Positions 26,401-37,018 of a stretch of 64,000 bases of DNA are shown piece by piece (the stretch's first letter is position 1; each line of letters starts with the position of its first letter). The translations under genes were made by a program, and so were the position numbers. The notes below the pieces were generated by a model. The model was not told where the DNA came from. It saw only the letters and a list, made by a program, of their open reading frames with translations, and ran no database searches. The stretch is taken from positions 16,926,110 through 16,990,109 of the forward strand of contig NC_134030.1 in assembly GCF_964204645.1 (NCBI RefSeq), read 5' to 3'. The DNA comes from Tubulanus polymorphus (taxonomy: Eukaryota; Animalia; Nemertea).

Positions 26401-26501
26401 TTTAATAACATATTTTTATTAAAATTTGATTAACACGTTAGAATTCTTTTCATTATCTCGTTCTCTTTTGTTTCTTCTCTTTTAAATTTTAAGTATTCAT
26501 C

Positions 26502-29500
26502 TTAATTACAACCATAAGCAACTGTATGAATTCCATCATCTAAAATATATCTTTTATCATCAAATGGGTTTAGACTTATCTTTTCAATTTCTTCAATAAA
26601 CATTTCATGATTTTCAGATCTTAAACATCTCATCTTATGTTTTCTAACTTCTTCATTGAATATACAATTGATGTAATCTTTGAAATGAATATTCTTTTCT
26701 ACTACACTTTTGGTTATTCCTTTTAACTTTTTAGCTTGATGTTCTTTAGTTTTATATGAATACATTTTAGATCTAATACCTATGACCTCTATCATTTCTT
26801 CACCACCTAATTCATCCTTAAACTTCCCTGGAACTTTTTTATTATCATTGCTAAACAATTCATGATCTTTAGGATAATTACTGAAATCAAAATGATGTTT
26901 TAATGTTTTTAAATCATCAGTTATGTTATCAGTTTTTATCTTTAATATGTAACTGTCGGTATCAAAATATAATATTTCTATATGTTTTTCTCCAAAAAGT
27001 GGTTGTAATACATTATAATAGAATTCATACATTAGTAATTTTGATAATTCTAAAACTGAAGCACCAACATAGATTGGTTTATTAAATTTCATTGATGTTC
27101 TTCTCATTTTAACTGCAGCTAAATTTTCATCAAATATTCTGTTACCTATAAATTTAGGATATGATCGTAAATGCCTTATCCTTTTGCCATTACTTACTAA
27201 CTCAATATCATTTCTATTTCTAATATTTTCACAAGTCTTACCATAGAATGCATTATTCATTAACTTGAAGAAATCTTTCTCGAAATCAGTTTTAGCTTCA
27301 GTTCTCTGTTTGGTGTTAAAATCTATATATTTTTCTAACCACTTAGATTGGCTGAATGAAATATATCTATGTACTTTTTTTTAGAACCATTCCTTAATTC
27401 AAATAAAACTTTAACATTCTATAATGTACTACATAATTATATTTATCTTCTTGATTTACCATTAACTTTTCTGTATGAATATGATTTTCAGGTTTAATTC
27501 TTTTTTGGTAATTTGATAATTCTTCATGAGTTACAGTTTTATGTTCGGGACAGTATGCTAGATTTCTAGATTTAAATTTAATATGTTCAGGATATTCTAA
27601 ATCTACAACAAAAAAGTAACCAGTATCTGAATCATCTGCAATATCTAGAATTCTTTTCTTCCAATCAAATTTATCATTATTTTCATTCTGTAAAACTTCA
27701 CTTATTTCAAATACTTCATAAGGTTGTGGTTCCATCATTGCCCAACCATACAAATTATTTGCATCTATATATAATAACTTATATCCAGGGTTATCATTTA
27801 CATTGAAATATCTATCACCTAATACACCTGAAACTCCTCCTCTTATAGATTTTTCAAATAATAATAATTGATCTATATTTGTTAACAAATACATTTTTAT
27901 ATCTGTAAATTTTAATCCACAATCCCATGTTAATCCTGGTGATGAATAACAATGACAAGGATTAATATTAAAATATTTTAGGTTTACATCTCGAAACCTT
28001 TCGAATATATCGGTTAATAATAATACATCTGATTTTAAATATAAATCTACTAATTGCCCATGATTTTCTATTTTGAAGTGATTCCAAATATTCAATGTTC
28101 TATTATATACTTCATCTTTAACATATTCATTTTTTAATTCATCATAGAATTGTTCTTTCAATAATTCAGTTATGTTAAAATCATTATGATTTTTATAGAA
28201 AGAATATGGCATTGCTCCTTTATATCTCATTAATTTAAAATCATCATTATTTGGGTAATATTCTTTTAATATCTTTAATTCATCATCAACTAATGATTTT
28301 GATAAGTTATCTAATGAACTATTTAAAAATCTATATGAATCTATAAATCTTAGACAACCAAATTGGAATGATATATAATTCTCAGATGTTTTAGGTAACA
28401 TTCTAAATTTATAAGTTGGTATTTTATCTTTTGATCTATTTGAATTTAATCTTTCTATTTCGTTATTAATTTCTTCTATTTTATGGCATAACTGTTTGAT
28501 GAATAAATGTGCATCATATCCTGATAGATTATGAAATATAACTGGAACAAAATTAATTTTCTTAGCTTGTAAGTTACAATTCTCATGTGCAGCGCCTCTA
28601 AACTTTCCGTTCAAATGATCATGGTCTCTTACTTTTTTATCTTTATAATTAAATATCTTTTCACAATACTAACATTTATCTGCAAACGCAAATGCTTCTT
28701 TATCTTCTTCTGTCATTATAATTTCTATATTTGTATTCAATAATTTACTAAATCTTATTTCATATTCAATTAATAAGTCACAAAAATGATTGATAACATT
28801 TTCATTTCTATAATGATAATATTCACTTTCAATTAGTTCTGGATAATCAGATTTAATATATAACCCAAAAGCAGCAGCTGATTGATGAATCTTTTTAATA
28901 GTATTTGTTTTTGGTGGTTCTTCAGAATAATCATTTTCATTAGAATTTAATTTCTTTCTCTTATAATATATTTCTTTTCTATCTTGATCAGTTAGTTCTT
29001 TATTTAATGATTCAAAATCTCCATATATTACAAATGGTACTTTATTTTTGTAATCATATTTTTTGAATTCTAATATTTTATCCTTTTCATTTGGTAAAAC
29101 TAATTTACAATAATCATGATTTTTACATAATTGTTTATGATTTAATAATGTACTTTCATTACTGAATCTATGTAAACATTTTCTACAAAGATATATTTTA
29201 TGGTGATCACTTTCTGATTTAAAAAATAAATCGATTTGTTTAATCCACATATAATGATTCTCATAATATAGTATATCTATAACATCGTTTGAATCATAAT
29301 ATTTTGATAGATATAAAGGTTCTAATGTATAATGTTTTATATTGTTACCTTTTGTATTTGGTAATTTGATTAAATCAAATACATTTATCTTTATATTATT
29401 ATCTCTTTCTATTTTTGGGATGTTTTTAATTATATCAGGATACTTATCTATCTTATAATTATTTTCAAATGGTTTATAATGAGTTAATCTAAAACTATGT

Positions 29501-30471
29501 TGTTTAAAATCTTCAACTGGGTGTAAACAACTTATTATAGCCCATAGAAAACATTTATCATCTTCATTTTGTACATTTATTACAGCATTAGTTTTAAATG
29601 GTAGTTTAATATAACTTGATGCTTCAATATCTGGTTCTTTATAATATGATACATTATTTTCATCTATTGGTTTTGATTTAGTTAACTTATTATATTTTGT
29701 GTTATAAACATGTAAAGTCATAAATATTATTTCATCAAATATTAAACCAGATCCTTCAAAATATTTCTCTTCTATTTTAGTTTTTACTTCATTATAACAT
29801 TTATCTAATTTATCATCTATATGTTGTTTTGAAATAATATGTTGTGAATGAGAATTTATATTATATATTGGTTTATCTTCAGATTTTATGAATTTAACTT
29901 TAGAAGATATACTTATTTTAGGATATTCAACATCAGTTATTATTTTTATAATATTTTTCATATTTTCTAAATGTTTTTTATTTTCTTCTAATGTTTTTCC
30001 TTTATGAAATTTAAACTCGATAGCTGCTGGACCAATTTCACTTTTAAATGCTTCGGTTATCTCTATATCTTTTTTATTATCTAATGAATTAATATAATTT
30101 CTTACATCTTCCATGTATGGTATTTTATTGTTTAATTTATTTTTTATGCTTTTAATTGTCTTCTGTTTCTTATCATTATCTTCATAAAAATAATCTTCGC
30201 CTAAAATAACATTATTCATATTTCTAATATGACTTTTAGATTTTAAATGTTCTTTATAATATCTTTTATCACTGAATGATTGATTAAATGTATCACATTT
30301 GTATGTTTCTTTTTCATTCTTTAATTCATCTAATTTAGTTTCTAATATATCATCTTCATATTCTAATTTCAATTTATTCTCTAAATGTGTTTTAGTTTTA
30401 TTGTGTCTTGCTTTTTGGGATTTATCTATATTGATATAACATGTTGGGCAGTAGTACTTATTTGCTTCCAT
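26502..30471 (-). pseudogene. Protein-primed-type family B DNA polymerase (pPolB) with N-terminal Zn fingers, OTU-like domain and HNH/endoVII-like insert
   Basis: Exonuclease motifs YGDFES, FHNLSGYD, YLKSDV; polymerase motifs YIDANNLYG, KLMNNAFYGKT, YFDTDS; OTU-like DDKCFLWAI...ENHY; DHDHLNGKFRGAAHENCN; in-frame stop at 28669 and frameshift near 27390. Confidence 0.95.
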
Positions 30472-30525
30472 TTTAATACTAAATTTTTTTTTTAAATTGA
30501 TTTTAGAAGTTTAATGATTTATATC

Positions 30526-31083
30526 ATGCATTATTTCAATCACACTTTACTAACACTTTTAATGTTTAAAAATCTAACTCACACAAATATGAATATTGAA
30601 ATAATGTTGTAAATATATACTTTTATATTGAATAATCTGTCAATTTAAATGTTATTCATGTATATGATTATTTTAAGAGTATTAGGGGTAATGGGCTTTC
30701 AGGTTAAAGGTTGAAGGGTCGAGTTCATTAAAAAACAAAACATTAAAAGTAATTTAAAACTATAATATATTTTCATAACCGTGTGTATTTCAGTTGAATA
30801 ATAGAATAATTATTATTATTAAAATATATTTGATTATATGAATTTGTGTATTGTAAATAAATCAATTGGTCGCGGAGCGGTAGCGAAGTGGAGCGACCAA
30901 TTGATTTAATACAATATGCTTTTTAAATTTAAATTATTGATATCTTAGAATAAATATTTAGTTATAATATAAAATACACACGGTTATGAAAATAAATTAT
31001 AGTTTTAAATTACTTTTAATGTTTTGTTTTTAATGAGCTCGACCCTTCGACCTTTGGCTTGAAAGCCCATTACCCCTATTACT
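30526..31083 (-). repeat. Right TIR; the last 406 bp (30678-31083) form an imperfect palindrome
   Basis: Reverse complement of the left TIR. Confidence 0.95.
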
Positions 31084-32300
31084 CATCTTTTAGAAAGAAA
31101 AAAACTATTCTGGCGCTTGTGCTGTTTCTGAGACAGTATTCTCGTAGACCTTTCGGGCTTTTATCAAACAGTGATGCACTGATCTTTTTGAATGACAGGT
31201 GGGCAAAGGTGCCTCGAATAGAAAATTACGTTGAAGAAACCGTCCCATCCTACTCTTTCGACGATTTCAAGTCACATTTTCGTTTAGAAAGAACGACGTT
31301 TGAGAATATATTACGACGGATTTCGGTATGCGACGAAATGCGAACGGCAGGTCATGGACGTGAACCTATACCACATGAAAAACAGCTTCTTCTGTTTCTA
31401 TGGTACCTAGGTGGGTGTCTCCAGCCCATTCATTTACTGTTGTATAAATCTAATAATGTAATAAAAAAATTTAAAAATTTGTTTTGTTCACCAGGCACTC
31501 CAGAGTCCTTCAGATCGTTGGCTGATCGATTCAACGTATCCAAATCCACTGCCCATGGTACTATCAAAAAGCTGATATCAGCCATGAAGAATAATTTGAT
31601 GGATCTGTATATAAGGTGGCCAGATGAACGAAGAAAACGGGCGATATCGGATGGTTTCGAAAATTCTTGCAGATTTCCCGGCGTAGTTGGTTGCGTTGAT
31701 GGATGCCATATACCCATTAAAGCACCACGAAAGAATCCATCATCGTACGTCAACAGAAAGAAATTCCACTCGGTGGTTCTTCAAGGAATCTGCGACCACA
31801 CCCTCAGGTTTACTCACGTCTATGCAGGGTGGCCCGGGTGTACACATGACGCGAGAGTACTACGCAATTCGATGATCTACAGAAATTCAGACGAATTATT
31901 TGACGACGACTTTTTACTTGGAGACTCAGCATATCCTCTTGAATCATGGCTGATCACACCATTTAAGGATTATGGGAACTTAACCAACAACCAAAAAGCA
32001 TTCAATCGTCGACTCAGTTCAGCAAGAGTGGCTATAGAAAGAGCTTTTGGCCAGTTAAAGGGACGATTCCGAAGATTGAAAGATAACTTCGACGTTTCCG
32101 ACTTCAAACTAATGATTTGTGCAAACTAATGCAGCATTTTGTGTGCGTGTATCCTACACAACATCTGTATTGAAATGAATGACGAGAGCATTGATGTAGC
32201 TGAATTCGAAGATGTCAATTACAACCTAGAACGACCATATAACCATGGACAACCAGGGTGGTGCAGGGCGACGACAACACATTATTGATCTATTACAGGC
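31084..32300 (+). pseudogene. Harbinger/PIF DDE transposase (HARBI1-like); true ATG at 12882, separated by the Polinton
   Basis: FKSHFRL, CVDGCHIPI, GWPGCTHDARVL, LGDSAYPL, IERAFGQLKGRFRRL, ACILHNIC; probable 84-bp GT-AG intron 31411-31494; frameshift from a short duplication near 32105-32130. Confidence 0.92.
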
Positions 32301-32526
32301 ATAGATTCCGCTTGTCACTTCTTGACTTCAATAGAATAATTCGATATTACACTTTATAAGTTTATTATTAACTTCGACATGTAAAATATTTATTCTAAAC
32401 TTCAACAAATAAATGCAAATGCATTGTGTATAAAATTAGACATTATTTCTAAAATAACAAACATTACTTTGAACTAAGTAAAACAAGGGTAACATGAAAC
32501 CATATCAAGCCAACAAACTTTGAAAA

Positions 32527-34458
32527 TTACAATTTTTCTGCAATTTTATTCATTACTGCGAGGGTTTCTTGATGCATCCGTTCAAACGTTTCATGGATAG
32601 ATTTGTCTCTTATTTCCATGTATTCAAGGATTTGAGACACAGTAGGTTTCCCTTTCTTGTATGGCTTCTCCCCTGATGTAGTAGGAGCTTTACGCTTTCT
32701 TGAGCCATCAGAATTTGAATCTCCATCATCATCGCTATCATTAACAAGATTATTATTTTCCTCATTTCGGAATGAATCTGCTGCATACTCTGGTACCACA
32801 CTGGGGTCGTCCCCCATGATATCATGCATTTGATCGGCAAATTCAAATTTTGTCGGTTTTGACCCAGTTTTATTATTTAACTGTACATAATTCCTATACG
32901 CTTTCTTTAAATTCTTCCATTTATCAACACATTTTTCGGATGGAATATTCATCTCCTCTGCAATTTTGCGCCACACCTTTGTTTTGTTGCGTGCAGCGTT
33001 GAGATCATCAAAATTGTCCTCTATCACTGCAAGAAGTTTTCTTGTTGACACAACAGTCCAATCATATCTCACTGAAAAAAAATCTTTACAATCTAAAATA
33101 CAACCTGTTGTTTTTACCAAAACCCCATGCGAATTACCATATTAGATTAATGCTTACCATTATTTTCATTGAACACTGATGGTGATTTATCTTCCACTTC
33201 TGAAACTGCTGTCCGATTATTGCTGGGCGCATACACTTAAGAGAAACAAAAAAAGAAATTGCAGGTATAAATTAACACTTTCATGCAGTACAGTTTAAAG
33301 AAAACAAACTGTTTCTTGCTATGATGTGATTGTCAAAGTTCAGATCATTTTTTTAAACTGAACCTTGACTATCTGTTACTTGAACTAGGAGTCTAGGAAC
33401 ACCATGCGGCCAACTTGGGAAATGGTTTCAAATGCTCAACAAAGTAACAATTTCAACATTAGCCCCAAAGTGGGCTAAAAATGAAAGGCAAATCATTAAG
33501 TTTGAAAAATATTTTAGAAGGAGGGAAATTGAGGCATAAAAAAACTCACCAGTACTTGGCAAAATATCTCGGGGTACTTGAATAAATATGTGCTCATTTG
33601 TTGGTATATCATGGTATGTAGGGTAATCTGCTTTTATTTGTGCTGTAACCGTGGGAATGTCTGAAATGGCAAGCAATCAGGTTAAAATCCATGCATAATT
33701 TGTATTAGGTCTGGTATGTATTTCCTCTTCTTAAAACATAAAATGATGCAATATGAATAGCATTATAAAAAAAAGTTTATCAGGTATGATGATTTCGTTA
33801 TACAATTATTTTCGGTCACAAAGCAACAACCTACTTTGAAGAACTTTTTGCATGTTTATATTTATGATCGATACTAGTAGCCTTCAGCAAATGCCAAGCA
33901 ATAGAGAGAAGCTGACATAGCATGTACAATCCGATTGTAATCCTTAAATCTCAAGACCAACACATTGCAATCGCAACTTCTAAAAGCAATATAAATATTA
34001 AAAGTTGATTTATAAAACGTTGATCGGTGAAAAAAAATCGATGAAATTTAAATGTTCATTAATTTTCCTGATGTTAGTTAGAATATATCAAACGTAAAAA
34101 AAATAATGGAATTATGAAAACATCGGACCAAAACATCCTTGAAGACCCGGACACCGAGGCGCGTTGGTGATGGTAAACTGATGCCTCAACCCCAGAGTCC
34201 TAAACAATCTATTTCAATTCATATTTCAACAACTAAAAATGAATTTCATTGAATTGAATTGCCCCGAGCAGTTGAAGACTTAACAAATCACCATTAAATT
34301 GGATATAATGTTTTGAAATTTATGTTTACATATAATACTTACTAGGCCCTATCTTTTATCCATAAATATGCATCATTCGACTCGCATATCGCATTTACAA
34401 CTCCGAATCCCTTTATATTCAAAGCAAATCGAATAACGTCCACCATCTTGCCCGCCAT
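32527..34458 (-). CDS. Harbinger Myb/SANT (trihelix/MADF-like) DNA-binding partner, spliced (approx. exons 34343-34458, 33549-33660, 33158-33237, 32527-33071)
   Basis: WT...LL...W..IA......C..KWKNLKK.Y trihelix pattern; convergent with the transposase; upstream exons inferred from GT-AG sites. Confidence 0.8.
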
Positions 34459-34471
34459 TTTTTGTCGAAGT

Positions 34472-35201
34472 AAAAACCGTAATGTTTCCAATGTCTCCGT
34501 TTTTAACGCATGCGCATTAGTGAGTGTAGGGGAAATTTTATAAGTCCAGAAATCGGTTGAGTGCGCAGGCGTCACTACATGTCAGAACTTTCAAAACTGG
34601 GTCATGTCAGTACGCATAATGAATGTGTGTTTTGATGACTTCAATGTTTCCGTTTCAATTAGATTCGAATCCCACAATAAATAATTATCTTATTTCAATT
34701 CGATTTGAACATTGATGACCCGAGTGTCACTCGTTTATTTTTGCGGCGCTACCAGATTCGAGCACCGAAAAATACTGAACTTATTTCAATTCAATTTGAA
34801 CTTTGATGACTCCAGTGTCGCTGATTTATTTTATACGACGCTATCACGTTCGAATCCCAAAAATGCTGATCTCGAAATGGTAACCATTATGAACTTTGGT
34901 GCACTTTCTATGGTGATCCCAATGTCACTGTTAATTTATTTGGACAATTCATTTAATTGTATTAACATATAATACGCAAGCATATGATACGAGATTATTT
35001 AGACATCACGATCCCGCTGCTAAAGTTCACGCTGGTTCATTTCAAGCGAATACCGCATTGACATGACCCAGTTTTGAAACATGTAAACACTGTCATGACG
35101 CCTGCGCACTGTACTGATTTCTCGACTTAGACTTTTCCAACACTTACTAAGCCTAATGCGCATGCGTTAATAACGGAGACATTGGAAACATTACGGTTTT
35201 T
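34472..35201. mobile_element. Fold-back (MITE-like) segment with patchy ~140-bp inverted repeats inside the Harbinger
   Basis: AAAAACCGTAATGTTTCCAATGTCTCCGTT..TAACGCATGCGCATTAG and its reverse complement at ~35153-35201; TCGAAGT(AA) directly repeated at both flanks. Confidence 0.6.
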
Positions 35202-37018
35202 GCTCGAAGTAACCCACTCGGCGAGCAGGTTACTTCGGGCTCACTCGGGGAAGGCCGGAAGTACCACGTGACAGACAAAACGAACGCTACTCGGGCTTCC
35301 CTGAGTTAACTCCGGGCTACCCGAGTAGGATAATCGAACGCCCTAGTATTGAATTGAATTCGTCAGGCAACCAGTCTACGCGGCACTGGAGTCGCCATTG
35401 TACACTATACACATTGCAAAAGGTAGAAAGTTTCTTTTGGTTTAGGCTTAGGTTTATTTATTTCGCTCTAACCCAACATTGGTACATAGAGGTTACAAGA
35501 ATTTGTACAATACAATTTATAATTTACAAAACTTAAAAACAAGAAAACAGAGATACACATAGAATAGAATAATAATAGAGATAACAGATATGTATACATG
35601 AATTTTACTTAAGTAGCTTGAGACCAGCATTTACTTGTCCAATATCGTATAGCGCCGCTGCGGTCGAAAATCGAACTAATCTGTCAAGTCGATAATTTTC
35701 TAAGTGAGAAGACGCCGCGTTCAGTTCGCAGTGCACTGTACGTACAGTTTTTCGATACACTGCTGTTCAGCAAATTTGTTTTGAAGTTGAAGTTCACCAG
35801 CGCGCTATTCAGTTTTCAGAAGTAGAGGGCTAAAATAACATCATTCGCAAGATCTCAGATTGAATATTTTCATCAGATTCAGAGCTCAGTTCATTGTATA
35901 AAATGTTTTATTTCATGTATTAGACAGTTACTTCTATTACTCTGACAGGAGTTTTTATGTCATAATTTTTTTACCTCATGTGTAACTCAATTATAGCAGA
36001 GTTGATAGTTTAATTATCAATTATTAATTTATAAATGAATTAGTATTATTGATTCAATTATTGGATTGATTATTATTAAGAGATATGACATTATAAACAT
36101 ATATATAATGCAAAGATATGGATGTTATATATAATGCAACGATATGGATGTTATAATGATAGGCCTAATGTATTTCTACTCGCATAGAAATGAGACTAAA
36201 GTCTTCCTGTTTGGATATTCTAAAAGTTATAAGTCCTTTGCCGAGGATATGAATGGTTTGTGATGATATGTTAACTAAATTCATTTGTTGGTTGAACGAT
36301 TTCAATTAATATCGCAATATTTAGCATTCGTGATATAATTAATATGATAGAGATATGGCCATTTGTCCATTGTTTATGTTAGCAAAAGATTGCATTTGAT
36401 AGAAGGCTTTAAAATGTTTTGATGTATGGTTGAGATTTTCAAAATAAATGTTACGCTTACATGAGATAATTGGAACTAGATGTTTTATTTCATTTTTATC
36501 AAGTATCGATGGATGAGAAGTCTTTCGACGATGTGCAAAACAGCCCATTAGAGTTTGCCTTAAAATAACTCTCAGTCTATAAGCTGAATTTAATTCATAC
36601 CGCCGTTACAGTACTATAAAATTGACACTAAATCTTTAGCGTCAATATTGGAATAGGACGTCCCCTGTTTCACATCCGGCAGGTGTGGTGCCGGTGGGTA
36701 AGTTTAATAAGGTACACCAAATCAGGGAGGTGGGAGCAGCTGGGCGGGAGTGAACTCCCACCTCCCTGACCAAATCTATTAAAACGATCGCTATTTTAAA
36801 ATCAAAACATCCCGAAGAAATTGGGGATTCGAACCTATCGGATATATACTGGTACTCGGCGTCTTTCCACAACAAAACATCGTCAATAACATTAGTTCTT
36901 ATTATTGCTAAGTAGCGGCGCTACCTGTACTGTCGATCGGACATTAGAAACTTTCTACCTTTTGCATACACACTCACACTGTTGTTGATCATCGATAATA
37001 ATTATACGTACACATGTC

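Larger units (their letters stand above)
12892..31083. mobile_element. Full-length (18.2 kb) Polinton/Maverick (adintovirus-like) endogenous virus, copy B; inactivated
   Basis: 5'-AGTAATAGGGG...CCCCTATTACT-3' termini; 6-bp TSD CATCTT (12886-12891 and 31084-31089); pPolB, INT, ATPase, MCP and mCP present. Confidence 0.97.
12216..35343 (+). mobile_element. PIF/Harbinger DNA transposon (~4.9 kb without the insert) split by Polinton copy B
   Basis: TIRs GCGCGTTCGATT (12216) and AATCGAACGCCC (35343), both flanked by TA; subterminal ACTCGGG..CCCGAGT palindromes at both ends; convergent transposase and Myb/SANT genes. Confidence 0.8.

Noticed and set aside
31059-31083. Predicted N-terminus MKAHYPYY of the 356-aa transposase ORF
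   Set aside because: TTG start within the Polinton TIR; the real ATG is at 12882.
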